Virus record (IMG/VR): IMGVR_UViG_3300021255_004000
Location: 1 to 64,000 of that record
Strand: one strand, 5' to 3'
From: a virus
Taxonomy: Duplodnaviria > Caudoviricetes
DNA length: 64,000 nt
Shown: piece after piece, positions 1 through 10,500 of the stretch
Numbering within the stretch: the first letter of the stretch is position 1
Layout of the letters: every line of letters starts with the position of its first letter
The notes under the pieces: model-generated
Databases searched by the model: none
What the model saw: the letters and a program-made list of their open reading frames with translations, nothing else
What the model was told of the DNA's origin: nothing
Program-made: the position numbers and the translations under genes

Positions 1-378
1 GTTGATTTGACTCCACGCACAAATGCTCCTCAGTCAGCAATCGCTCAGGAAAGTGTTGATCTTGACAAATACAAAAAGAACAAGATTGAAGAAAACAAAA
101 CTGAAGAGCCAAAGAAAAAGTTGAATGAGAACAATGAATTCTCTTTTGATGCAATTCTTGACGAAGAAGATATTGATGGAGAAGGATATAATTCAGACAT
201 CCCTGAAGCTGATACAGATTATCTTGATGATGATTATGCAGAACACTTCGATGATGGCTTTGAAGAAGACGATGAGTTCGATTTTGACAAAATGGAAGAT
301 GAAAGAATCAACAGCGAGAATCCAACTCCTGAAGAAATCTTCTCTTTCAATGATGAGCTTTTTGACGACGCAATATAA
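1..378 (+). CDS. C-terminal part of a highly acidic hypothetical protein (probably starts upstream of the window)
   Basis: Open frame from the window edge; D/E-rich tail; TAA at 376-378 followed by a terminator. Confidence 0.6.
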   Translation, partial: VDLTPRTNAPQSAIAQESVDLDKYKKNKIEENKTEEPKKKLNENNEFSFDAILDEEDIDGEGYNSDIPEADTDYLDDDYAEHFDDGFEEDDEFDFDKMEDERINSENPTPEEIFSFNDELFDDAI

Positions 379-397
379 TTGAAAAGTTGAAATCAAT

Positions 398-430
398 AAA
401 GGCAACCCAAGCGGGTTGCCTTTGTTTTTA
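398..430. terminator. Bidirectional intrinsic terminator
   Basis: AAAGGCAACCC-aagc-GGGTTGCCTTT hairpin with A/T tails between convergent genes. Confidence 0.85.
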
Positions 431-1318
431 TTTGCCTAATTTTTTACTGTGGAATGAAACCCCGTCAGGAGTACTGAATCCAAGGTCAGCAGTTACCTTG
501 CAACCACAGAAACCTGTTTCTTGGTTTTCTTTTGATCCCAAGTACGGGCACCACTGACAAGCGTGGAAGTCCTGTGTTTTTCCGCGAGCTCTTGCCCAAT
601 TCATTGAATGGATATCATCAATGTTTTTCATATAGTAATCTTCGATGATATGACGAAGGTCCTCTTCAGTGTATTCAATTTCCTTTACACCGCGAAGCAT
701 ATTTTGTTCAACATTCTTTGAAGCAAGATCTTCAATAAGAGGTCCGAAAATAAAGCAGCGGATCTTTTTTGCAATTTCTGGAATGTCCCAACCGCGTTCA
801 AGGCCTTTCATATAGGCATAAAGCAACTGCTGATTTTTGTAGTTGTTTACATTGATTGATTTTCCTGTCTTGTAGTCGAAAATAATGATTTCCATATCAT
901 TTTCAATGCACAAATCAAGAGAACCAGTGAAAGCTTCTCCGTTGATAACATTATCAACTTTCTGCTCCTGACCTACTTTGTATCCGTGCTGTTCACGAGG
1001 TTCAACAAAGTGTTTCCAAAAAGCGAAAAACTTTTTGATAGCAGGTTCATAATCGTAATAGAATTCCTTGTCAGGATCAGTTGTATTCACGTGATATGCT
1101 TCAGCATATTTTGCAAGGTTTTTGCGGAAGTCTTCCTCTGACATTCCAGTATGATAGTCTTCTGCTGCCTTATGAAAGGCGCTTCCTTTGTCAGCGAGCT
1201 GTGTGTTTACAGGTGCGTCACTTTTCCAACCTTCAACATAGTTGAGTTTGTACTTAAGAGAACATTCAGCAAAACAACCAATGCGAGATGCTGACCAAGG
1301 ATATTTCTTTGTTTCCAT
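428..1318 (-). CDS. PD-(D/E)XK exonuclease (RecB/Cas4-like, PDDEXK_1 type)
   Basis: SASR..C N-terminus, GSAFH, GSLD, DYKTG, QQLLYA and C-terminal CQWCPY..C; start moved to METKK with a GGAG RBS. Confidence 0.85.
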   Translation of the reverse strand: METKKYPWSASRIGCFAECSLKYKLNYVEGWKSDAPVNTQLADKGSAFHKAAEDYHTGMSEEDFRKNLAKYAEAYHVNTTDPDKEFYYDYEPAIKKFFAFWKHFVEPREQHGYKVGQEQKVDNVINGEAFTGSLDLCIENDMEIIIFDYKTGKSINVNNYKNQQLLYAYMKGLERGWDIPEIAKKIRCFIFGPLIEDLASKNVEQNMLRGVKEIEYTEEDLRHIIEDYYMKNIDDIHSMNWARARGKTQDFHACQWCPYLGSKENQETGFCGCKVTADLGFSTPDGVSFHSKKLGK

Positions 1319-1319
1319 T

Positions 1320-1556
1320 TTAAGCTCCGTAATTTCTTCCTGCGATGACTGCAACTGCAACAGCATAAACTTTGTTGATTCCTGCTGCGTCGCTTGATGC
1401 AATTTCAGACTTCCATCCATTATCTCGAGTGAATTCAACTTTGTTTGGACCAAGAGTTCTCACACTTTGAATGTCGTTCCAAATCTCTACTTCCATTTTA
1501 TCGAATGGACCGCCTACAGGTATTGTCATTATCAACTCAGGCTTTTTCTTTGCCAT
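1320..1556 (-). CDS. Hypothetical early protein
   Basis: AAGGAG RBS; directly downstream of an early-type promoter. Confidence 0.7.
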   Translation of the reverse strand: MAKKKPELIMTIPVGGPFDKMEVEIWNDIQSVRTLGPNKVEFTRDNGWKSEIASSDAAGINKVYAVAVAVIAGRNYGA

Positions 1557-1580
1557 ATTACTGCTCCTTTTTATCAGGTT

Positions 1581-1617
1581 ACAGTAATAATATAAAAGAC
1601 TTATTTTGAAAGTTCAA
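1581..1617 (-). promoter_or_regulatory. Sigma70-like early promoter TTGAAC-N17-TATATT
   Basis: One of 7 near-identical copies in the window. Confidence 0.8.
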
Positions 1618-2431
1618 TAATTTTCTTAAAAACTTCAAAATTATTTGAGTAAGGTCCGTCATAAACAGCAAACTCGATTGTCATTCCAGGGAATGCAAAG
1701 TCTTCAGTTGCTTTTTTCCAAGCTTTTGCAACAGTCTCAGGATCATTTCGGAAAGCTCCACATCCGAAGGCACCTACAACCAAGTTATCAACCTTCTTTT
1801 TTGCAGCAACTGCAAAAATCTTCATTGCACGCTGATAATGAATCCGATAAAGTTCTTCATTTGAAATGCTTTTCTCGAGGGGCTTGTCGACATTGAACAT
1901 ATCAACATTCTTTTCCCGAAGGTTTGGAGCTGCGCAAGTAATAACAGAAATCTTTTTCCAATCTTTTCTGTCAAGCAATTTATAATCATCATCTTTGAAA
2001 ACAATAACATCTGGTGTCCAAATAATATCATCGTTATGAAGCGCGTTCAAATTGTCGCGATGTGGTTTATAGAACTCATCCCAACATCTTTTGTTTGACA
2101 AAGTTGGGTAAAGTGTCGAACAACGGCAAAGGCATTCTTCCTGAGCAGTTGCTCCTTTTGTAACGCCACCGCCAGGAGTTGTTGCGGATGCGAAGTTCAA
2201 AACGGCTGTCTTTCCTTCAGTGAACTTTCTTGCAGCGTCAAATGTTTTTGACTTTGTTACTTTTACGACAAGATCATCACCTTCAGCAGGAACTTCATAT
2301 TTGACTTCTTTGCCTTCAGGAATTACCTGAGTGTAATTGTTCTGCTGAACAATATTTGCGGCAAGTTCTGCATCACAATGATACATACTTGCAGTGTTTT
2401 CAAAGATTCTTACATTCTCTTCTCTTGCCAT
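1601..2431 (-). CDS. Bacterial-type poly(ADP-ribose) glycohydrolase (TIGR02452/DUF2263 macrodomain family)
   Basis: VLNFASATTPGGG-x7-QEE catalytic loop, ITCAAPN, GAFGCGAFRN. Confidence 0.9.
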   Translation of the reverse strand: MAREENVRIFENTASMYHCDAELAANIVQQNNYTQVIPEGKEVKYEVPAEGDDLVVKVTKSKTFDAARKFTEGKTAVLNFASATTPGGGVTKGATAQEECLCRCSTLYPTLSNKRCWDEFYKPHRDNLNALHNDDIIWTPDVIVFKDDDYKLLDRKDWKKISVITCAAPNLREKNVDMFNVDKPLEKSISNEELYRIHYQRAMKIFAVAAKKKVDNLVVGAFGCGAFRNDPETVAKAWKKATEDFAFPGMTIEFAVYDGPYSNNFEVFKKIIELSK

Positions 2432-2802
2432 TATTTTTCCTCTTTCTTTGCAAGGTGTTTGCCGACCAATTCCGACTGAGGAGCAGTTTTGACTTCTTCT
2501 GAGATGTCAACTCCTTTTTCCTTATAAGCTGCCTGCAACATTTCAAGCGGTGAATGCGGCTGCTTCATAAAGAATTGATCTTTGCTTCTTGGGAAGCGGA
2601 TGTCACTTACATATCCGCAATCTTTTCCCATACAATACATATTATAGCGGTCTTTTGAATCTGTCAAATCAAGATAACTAAAGATTGGAGCGCCGCAAGC
2701 GCAGTGACCCATCATTATCAAGTTTTCAGAGATTTCTTTTGTTGCTTTTAATGACTGATCTTTACATATAGTCTTTCCTAATTTCTTTGCTTTTGAGCTC
2801 AT
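2431..2802 (-). CDS. Hypothetical protein, possible Zn-ribbon
   Basis: HCACG...CMGKDCG; GAGG RBS. Confidence 0.65.
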   Translation of the reverse strand: MSSKAKKLGKTICKDQSLKATKEISENLIMMGHCACGAPIFSYLDLTDSKDRYNMYCMGKDCGYVSDIRFPRSKDQFFMKQPHSPLEMLQAAYKEKGVDISEEVKTAPQSELVGKHLAKKEEK

Positions 2803-2849
2803 ATAAAATACCTCTATTAAAATATTAACTAATTTTTAAGGACTTAATT

Positions 2850-3803
2850 ATGGAAATTAAAACTGGCGACATTTTTGAAAATAAAAACGGTATAAGAATC
2901 GGCGTTGTTGAAGTCGAGCCTGAAGCTGATTATGTTTGCTTCAAGATTGGAAGAGGCCTTACAAAAGATAAACTTGACTCTGCTCATTTTGAGACTCGTG
3001 ACGCTTCTCTTGAAGGACTTGAAAACTGTTTAGCAGTAAATGGATATGAAAAGCTTCCTGATGTACTTACTGAATCTGTACATTTGAAAGAAGATGATAC
3101 AGCAAATCAGGATGATGATCCTAATGCTCAACAGGACCAAAATGCTGCAAGTGGAGATGATGCAGCTGCTCAACCTGAAGAACCTGATAATCCTGTAGCT
3201 GCTGAAGTTGACCCAAATGTACAGTCTGATGAACAAGTTGAACTTAACAATGATTTACAGCAGGGTGAAGCGCCTTTGAAAATGCCTTCTGCTGCTCCTA
3301 TCCCAAATGGCGGCGGGGCTGCTGTTGATGCTAAGGGTGACCCATTGCAACTTGCAGATGGAACTGATACACAGGTTGCTCAGGACTCATCATTGCAGTT
3401 TGATGCAATCAATCCTGAAGGCGAAGCTTCTATCAGTTTTGAAAGTGGAAACTTCAATCAACTTACTCAGATGCCTCAGCAGATTATGACAAAGATTGCA
3501 ACAATTCAAAGAACAATTATGCCACTTGCTGAAGTTGCTTTAATTGAACTGCTTGGAAATAACAAAGCATTTAAGGGTGAATCATTCAACGCAGTTTTCA
3601 ATATGCTTGATAACACACCAAAGTTTGAATGTACTGCAACATATTCTGTTGAGTTGTTTATTGGAACTGACATCGAACAGGCAGATATTCAGCACGATGC
3701 AAAGTACATTCTTGACCGCTTGCAGGCAGTTCCAAATGTTCAGTGGAACAAATGCGAGATAGATTGTACAGATGGAAAAGTAAACTTAGGCTTTATTGTT
3801 TAA
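2850..3803 (+). CDS. Acidic hypothetical late protein, possibly an internal head protein
   Basis: ACTAA motif upstream; D/Q/P-rich linker; LxE sites (LTE-S, LKE-D). Confidence 0.6.
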   Translation: MEIKTGDIFENKNGIRIGVVEVEPEADYVCFKIGRGLTKDKLDSAHFETRDASLEGLENCLAVNGYEKLPDVLTESVHLKEDDTANQDDDPNAQQDQNAASGDDAAAQPEEPDNPVAAEVDPNVQSDEQVELNNDLQQGEAPLKMPSAAPIPNGGGAAVDAKGDPLQLADGTDTQVAQDSSLQFDAINPEGEASISFESGNFNQLTQMPQQIMTKIATIQRTIMPLAEVALIELLGNNKAFKGESFNAVFNMLDNTPKFECTATYSVELFIGTDIEQADIQHDAKYILDRLQAVPNVQWNKCEIDCTDGKVNLGFIV

Positions 3804-5019
3804 TTACTTTTTCAATTTCATCAAGAACGAAGTCAGAATTAAAGTATTTATCATCAAGTAAAGCAAATAATTCATTTCGGATTTTATTGTATTCCTCGGG
3901 GTTAGCCTCGAGGAAGTTTATTTTATCCCACATTTCTTCAGGAGAAGTAACTTTCAAATACTCTGGGAAATCAGAGTATATGTTTGATGTATCATATTCA
4001 TTTTTACACCAAAATGGTATAATGCCATAATACAGCATTGTCCAAACTTTCTGTGTAACAAATGTCGTATGTTTAAGTGATACTGGCGGAATAAAAGTAT
4101 ATTTTGAGTCCCACATCAAGTCTTCCATTTCAAGAATTGGTTTATTCTCAAAATTATCAAATGGTAGCTTAAGTCTTTCAACTGTTCCGCGTGTTGCAGC
4201 GTTTTCGCTCCAATTTTTACCGTAAGCTTTGATAGTTGGGTCAAAATCATAAATCCATTTTTTGAACAACTTTGCTCGATCTGGGAGGCCGTGCAAAGTC
4301 ATTATAAACTTATTGCTTCTTTTGTCGTTTCTCCAATCAATTTTCTTCTTTCCTTTAAGGAAATACTTTTCAAGATGTGAATATGAACATTTAATATGAT
4401 TGGTTTTCATTGTCTTTGAAGCTTCACCATAGCCGCTGCAAACAGTGACATCATATTCAGCATTTGATTGAGATGCAACATTGTCAGGTCCTTTTATAAG
4501 GTCGATAGGATATGTTAAAAAAATACGAGGATCATCAAGAATCCAATCAAGTTCAACATCAGGATGCATTGATGCAAAGTAAATAATTTGAGAACCATTG
4601 CGGCAAGAAGCTAAAGGTGAACGCATTCTTGTTCCATCAAATGTATATGTCAAATCCCATAATGTTGCGTTTGCACAAGAAGCAGCAAGTACAATAATTT
4701 TATCTACTTTGATATGATCTTCTTCCAAAGATGCTTCAAGCATTCTATATGCGTCGCCTTGCTGAATCTTTGTTCCGTGATCTGAACACCATTGTTTCTG
4801 TCTTCGGTAATAGTCGATTAAGTTGGAAGGTTTCTTTGCGGCATTAAAACCTGTAAAGGCTTTATCCATATCATTTGTTGATGCAAGATAGTATTTGTTT
4901 TCTGGGTGACGTTTTGCAAAGTCAATGAACATTTTTGCAATAAGGTCTCCGCCATATTCTTTATATCCATCAAGAAATGATGTACCTACACCTCCCAATT
5001 TGCCTAAAATGATATTCAA
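3793..5019 (-). CDS. GT-B glycosyltransferase resembling T4 DNA beta-glucosyltransferase
   Basis: C-terminal FVTQKVW...IPFW..EYD...VTSPEEMWDKINFL resembles the BGT C-terminal domain; N-terminal Rossmann strand; TTG start with GGAGG RBS. Confidence 0.6.
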   Translation of the reverse strand: MNIILGKLGGVGTSFLDGYKEYGGDLIAKMFIDFAKRHPENKYYLASTNDMDKAFTGFNAAKKPSNLIDYYRRQKQWCSDHGTKIQQGDAYRMLEASLEEDHIKVDKIIVLAASCANATLWDLTYTFDGTRMRSPLASCRNGSQIIYFASMHPDVELDWILDDPRIFLTYPIDLIKGPDNVASQSNAEYDVTVCSGYGEASKTMKTNHIKCSYSHLEKYFLKGKKKIDWRNDKRSNKFIMTLHGLPDRAKLFKKWIYDFDPTIKAYGKNWSENAATRGTVERLKLPFDNFENKPILEMEDLMWDSKYTFIPPVSLKHTTFVTQKVWTMLYYGIIPFWCKNEYDTSNIYSDFPEYLKVTSPEEMWDKINFLEANPEEYNKIRNELFALLDDKYFNSDFVLDEIEKVIKQ

Positions 5020-5051
5020 AGTTTACCTCCGTATTTTTAATATTAACTTTA

Positions 5052-5111
5052 TATAAATAAATTATCCTTCCAACCTTATTTATTATTGTCCCATATAGCT
5101 AAAAAAGTGGG
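5052..5111 (-). repeat. Dispersed ~60-bp intergenic element, copy 1
   Basis: TATAAATAAATTATCCTTC...TTATTATTGTCCCATATAGCTAAAAAAGTGGG, nearly identical to 27732-27790. Confidence 0.9.
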
Positions 5112-5112
5112 C

Positions 5113-6396
5113 TTAAATATGCATTCCAATAAGGCCTGGGATTTTCTTGTTGATTTTCTCAGGTGTTGGAGCTTGGTTATTAGGATCATCTTTTGTTGTA
5201 AATGACAAGTTGAATGTTGTGATGTTACCTGTAGTTGACTTTGTCATAATTACAATGTCATAAGTTGATGATGGCTGAAGTCCTTCAATTACAACTTCTT
5301 TCTGTTTACAGTTTTTAACAACAATGTTTTTCTGTCCTGGGATAACAAAAACTATTTCTTCAAAGAACTTATAATCAGCAGGCTTTACTGCATATTTGAT
5401 TACAGCTTTTGTAGGAGTTGATGTTGGCTCATAATAAATAAAACTATTCAAAGAGACTTCTGTTGTTTCTGTATAATATCCTTTGATGATGTCATAAGTT
5501 GTTTCATTTGTAAGTGACTTACCAAGTTGAATTATTTGTTCTTCAGTATAATCATCACTTTCAAAGTACTTACGGGCTATTGCATTCAATTCTGCATCAG
5601 ATGTATCAATTTCACCTTTTACATCAATGCTGTCCCATCTTTCATTTACAAACTCCAAAATAGTTTCTTCTGTAAGATAGACATCAGCTTCATCATCGTG
5701 TTTAAGGTGCTGCCATCTGTAAGGCAATGTTACAACTGCTTCTGATGTTGGGATAACAACTTGATAAGAACGAACTGTAAGTTCAACTTCAATCGGAAAA
5801 ATGCGCTGGCTTTCAAGGAACTTTAATTCTTCCCATTCAGGCTTTGTGTTGACACTTTCGATTGTGATGTTGGCAGGAATTGCAACTGGGTTGCCTTTCC
5901 AGTTAAAAACACAATACATCCAAACAGGATGCTTTGGTTCTTGTTCCCAATAAAGTCGTTGTGCTGCTTGTTTAACATCATCGCGTCTTGAATAATACAA
6001 TGTTACTTTCCACTTCGACTTGCAAGGCAAAATGCGAAGTCTTTTGTAAATTGTCATATCATAAATGCCATAAATTGTTTGTGATGCGTTTTGAGCATAA
6101 GGTCTGTCATCTGCCTGCCAATCATCAGATTGGTTGAATGCTCCAAAAGGCAATTCCAATGATGTTGGACGGAACTTGTCAACTAACAATTCTTCACCAG
6201 TTTTACCTTTATCCAATGTTTCAATTCTTCTACGGAATACTGCATCAGGCATCGCATAAACAACACGAGAATAATCATTCTTAAATAAAACTTCGGCCAA
6301 AAACTTTGATACGCAGCATTTTACAGAAAGATTGATGTCAATCCATTTCTTTTTTGCGTCATCATAATAGCCTTTTTGTGTCTCTTCTACTCCCAT
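5113..6396 (-). CDS. Putative virion protein with C-terminal fibronectin type III domain
   Basis: IEGLQPSSTYDIVI FN3 signature; leaderless ACTAA motif upstream. Confidence 0.55.
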   Translation of the reverse strand: MGVEETQKGYYDDAKKKWIDINLSVKCCVSKFLAEVLFKNDYSRVVYAMPDAVFRRRIETLDKGKTGEELLVDKFRPTSLELPFGAFNQSDDWQADDRPYAQNASQTIYGIYDMTIYKRLRILPCKSKWKVTLYYSRRDDVKQAAQRLYWEQEPKHPVWMYCVFNWKGNPVAIPANITIESVNTKPEWEELKFLESQRIFPIEVELTVRSYQVVIPTSEAVVTLPYRWQHLKHDDEADVYLTEETILEFVNERWDSIDVKGEIDTSDAELNAIARKYFESDDYTEEQIIQLGKSLTNETTYDIIKGYYTETTEVSLNSFIYYEPTSTPTKAVIKYAVKPADYKFFEEIVFVIPGQKNIVVKNCKQKEVVIEGLQPSSTYDIVIMTKSTTGNITTFNLSFTTKDDPNNQAPTPEKINKKIPGLIGMHI

Positions 6397-6449
6397 AAGT
6401 AATTAGTTAAAAATTCATATTGATGACTAATTTATTAGGAGACATATAA

Positions 6450-6896
6450 ATGGGCAAGAAATTGTTTAATGAGCCTATGACATTGTTTCAACAAAATGTA
6501 AATGAAATTATGAAGGAAAGCGCGTCTAAGGAGCTTATAGAAGATCTTATTCGTTTGAATATGTTTAAGAACGCTGAAAAGGACGAGAAACAACTCGTCC
6601 TTGTTGAACTCTATAATCTGCTTGGTGCGGAAAAGTTTATGGATGTTATGGACCTTCTTGAAGGTAAGACCATAAAGTTCCCTCATAAAGCTGATTTCAA
6701 AGAAACAATTCAGATAGCTTTATGTTATTATTATCGACAGTTCAAAGATTATTCGTGGGAAGAAATCAAAGAACTTATTAAGGATGACGACCTCAGTTCT
6801 GTTAAACTTGGGGTTCGTGTACAACAGCTTCAAAGATTTATCAACAAGTTTGGTGAATTGCGTTATCGGAGAGAATTGAATGAGCGACACAAATAA
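6450..6896 (+). CDS. Hypothetical protein, possibly a Mor/C-like transcription regulator
   Basis: LLGAEKFMDVMDLLEGKTIKFP resembles the Mor family; AGGAG RBS. Confidence 0.4.
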   Translation: MGKKLFNEPMTLFQQNVNEIMKESASKELIEDLIRLNMFKNAEKDEKQLVLVELYNLLGAEKFMDVMDLLEGKTIKFPHKADFKETIQIALCYYYRQFKDYSWEEIKELIKDDDLSSVKLGVRVQQLQRFINKFGELRYRRELNERHK

Positions 6897-7548
6897 TGTA
6901 AACGCTGTGATGTCAAATGGTCCTGAAGAAACAGCTGCGGCTGAACAGCTTGCAAAACAGGCTGAGGCAGATAAAGCAATAACAGAACTTCAAACTCTTG
7001 AAAAGCTTGCAGCAGTACCTTCAGAGAATGCTGCTGTTGCAAAGTTGAATGAGTCACCAATTCGTGATGTTGAAAGATCTTTAGGTGATTTTACAAAGCA
7101 CACATTTGAAATCATCAATAAAGAGTATCAGTTTCAAGAAACTATTGAAGCAGAAATTGCTGCACGCTTACAGCTTGATGCAAAAGATGGCGGCTTTACT
7201 CCTAAGGAATTGATTGCATTACATACAAACAACTCAGTCAACTTGAATGACCGTGTATCAAAGGTTTTGGGACCAACATTCACTTTGATGACAGAAGAAG
7301 TAAAAGCAGAAATTGCAGCTCGTACTGCAGAAAAGCAACAGCAGCAAGCTCAGGTAAACATTGCAATCGGTGGTAACACATCACCTGAACAGATGAAAGG
7401 CCTCAATGAAACAGTTGGCGGTGGTAATCGTGATGAAGCTCAGGCTATCTTGCAGGGCGCATTTATGTTCCAGCAGTTTTTACAGCAGCTTGGTGTAAAA
7501 ACTCCTATGGAAACCATTGCAAGTGCGCAGCAAGAAAATCAAAACTAA
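6880..7548 (+). CDS. Hypothetical helical protein
   Basis: 222 aa ORF overlapping the upstream gene; GGAG RBS. Confidence 0.7.
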   Translation: MSDTNNVNAVMSNGPEETAAAEQLAKQAEADKAITELQTLEKLAAVPSENAAVAKLNESPIRDVERSLGDFTKHTFEIINKEYQFQETIEAEIAARLQLDAKDGGFTPKELIALHTNNSVNLNDRVSKVLGPTFTLMTEEVKAEIAARTAEKQQQQAQVNIAIGGNTSPEQMKGLNETVGGGNRDEAQAILQGAFMFQQFLQQLGVKTPMETIASAQQENQN

Positions 7549-7572
7549 TTACTATTATTGAGGATTTAAGTA

Positions 7573-10500
7573 ATGGCATTATACACAAGTAATTCCGAGT
7601 TTGATTTAGAGACAAGAGTTCAGTTAACAAATGAAATGCCAACAACTCGTGATTATGAATATCTGCACCATTCATTAAGAAATGATACTTGGAAATGGCT
7701 TATCGGTACTGAAGATGTTACTTATGATTTGCCTGTAGGCGGCAGTGAATCTCATAATCTTGAAGCTCCTGTCAAAATTGTAAACGGAAAACAAGCAGAA
7801 AATTATGGTCCTAGCAAACAGCAGGTTTGGGACCCAACAACAGAATCTTATGTTGAAGAAACTCCTACTTTCCACAAGATGGAAATCAAAGGTGTATTAG
7901 CCGCTGAACACGACTTATTCTTACACGAGATTTATCGTTACTTAAGTTGCCTTTATCCTGACCATCCTGATTGGTTGAACTTGCTTACAAGAAATGAAAT
8001 CCTTGATGCTTTCAACAATGCAGCAGCGATGGTTGACTATAAGCCAAATAATGAATTCTTCCGTTTGGTTGCAGAGACAATTCAGTCTGATGATCCTGAT
8101 GTTGAAGAGTTCAAACTTAATTTAAGAAACCTCACAAGCAATGCAGCCCGCCGTAAGTTTTATGGTTCAATGTTAGGCTATCGTATGTATGGCCACGATG
8201 CATTTGAAAATGTATCAATCTTTCCAGTAGGAAAAGCATTAACATTGGATTCAGTAAATGAAAATGAGTGGCGTGAAAACAAAAAGAAAGGCTTTGACGC
8301 AAAGAAGTACATTATTGATACTTTTGATGAACGCTATCAAACATTGTTCCGCCGCATTGACTGGTTGGGTAATAACCGTGATACATCATTTACTAAAGCA
8401 AATGGTTACACAATTCCATCTTACTCAATCCCAGGCTATGAAGACATTCAGTTTGAGTTTGTTTCAAGTAAGACAGGTGAATTCACTTCTGATGTTTACA
8501 ATCTTTCAAAAGACTCTGCTTATTCATTCTATGATTTGACAACAAATGGTCAGACAACTACTGGTTCTATTTCTGATAAGGTTGAACTTAACACCTATGA
8601 GCCAACTATTACAGAAACAATGTTGTCATACTTCTCAGGTGATGACAAGATCATAGGTTTGCAAACATCAATTTCATCTTCAATGGTTTATAACCAACTT
8701 ACAAAGTACAAGCCTTTTGAAGAAATCATTGCAACATTTAAAGAAAATGGCATTGCTGATAGCTTATATAACATCTATATGTCACAAATGCCATTCAGTG
8801 CAAATGGAGAAGTAAGAGCAGGTAACACACAGTGGTTCTCAACATTTATTTCAACAGCAGCAAGCTTTGTATCAGGCTTTGGTGGTACAAGTACTCTTTT
8901 TGAGAAAGTTGATTATTCTTATAACCCAGTTATTAAAGATACAATTATGTTGCCTATTGACATTATGCGCGACTGCTATCCAAAAACAGTTGAGTTTAAT
9001 GAAGATGAAACTGTTAAAAACAGAACAGCTGAATTGGACATATCATCAGCAACTCTTAATAAAGGTGACATCATTTCAATTTTGGAATACACTGACTTCC
9101 CTACTCCATATAAAGTTGCAGGTGGTACTTGCGGACAGTTAAGATGTCATATCACAACACCTACAAAGTCTTATGCAAACTACAATGCAATTTCAAAGTA
9201 TGAGCCTTTTGATACTGCAAATGATTACATTACATCTGACGACAACTACTGTGCTCTTATTCAACTTAAAGATGGAAGCTATGGTGTTCTTTATGGTTCA
9301 TTGAACTTGACTTGGCAAACATTGTCAGAAAATGGACACGCATTTACTTGTCCTAAAGATATTACATTCAACATTCGTGCAATTCCTGAAAAGAAGTCGG
9401 AAGACATTTACAAATATGTTTATGGCTCAGATGCAGATAATCTTATTGATGAAATAAGAGATGAAATTACATTAAAGACTCGTGAACTTGAAAAGCATTA
9501 CAACTTGGTTGTTCAGGATTGTAATGATGATAGCAAATATATTGATCTTTATGTAGGTCTTCCTTCAAGAATTAAAGAACAAGAAAGTTTAATCAAAGAA
9601 CTTCTCAAAGCAATCGAAGACTTGCCCGAAACAGCAACTCCTGAAGAAAGTGCAGCTGCAAAAGAAGCTTATGACTCTGCAGTTGAACAACTTGCTGTTT
9701 ATGAAGATGCTTACAAAGCTGCTGTTGAAAAACTTGAAGAAGTTGCTTATTCAAACTTTGAACATTATAAAGACACTGCATCAGACTTGGAAGATCTTAA
9801 TGAACAGCTTGCTGAATATCTTGAAAAGAAAGATGAATTGATGGAAAACCGTTCATTATTTGTTGATAAGGAAAGATGTTTTACTGCAACACGCGGCTGT
9901 AAAGTTGAGTTCTTTATTTTCAGTTCAGGCGAAGCTTTTTCAAAATTGCCGTTCATTATTGATGATACTTATATTTCTGAAATATCATTAGGTAACATTT
10001 CAATTCAGCCTATGTTCCTTTCAGACGAAAACCACATCAAAATGGTTCAGGTTGACAACTTTATCTTTGCTGATTATGATCCTATTACTTTGCGTGATAG
10101 CACATTCTACCAACTTTATTCATTGATGGAAGATAAAGCAAGAGAAGTTGCTTTTGTTGGTCATAACAGTTTGAAGATTTACAATGAATCAGAATATGAT
10201 GTTTCAGCTCAGGTTTACATTGATAAGTCTGTAGGTAATGCTTGCTATGAAATGCAGTTCTTGACAGATGATGCAAGAACAAAGTATGAATCACTCTCAA
10301 TTGGTTCAAAAGTTTCTGGCCCAGGTATCTCAAGTAACACATTTGTTACAAAGTTGAGCAATTATGTTGCAACTGTGAATACATCTTTGCCTAAAGGCGG
10401 AACACAAACATATACATTCAAATGTCCTGTAACGACAGCACCTGAGTCAATTAAAAACGATCCTTTTAACTACAAGCGCGTTATGTACGCAAACAGCGAG

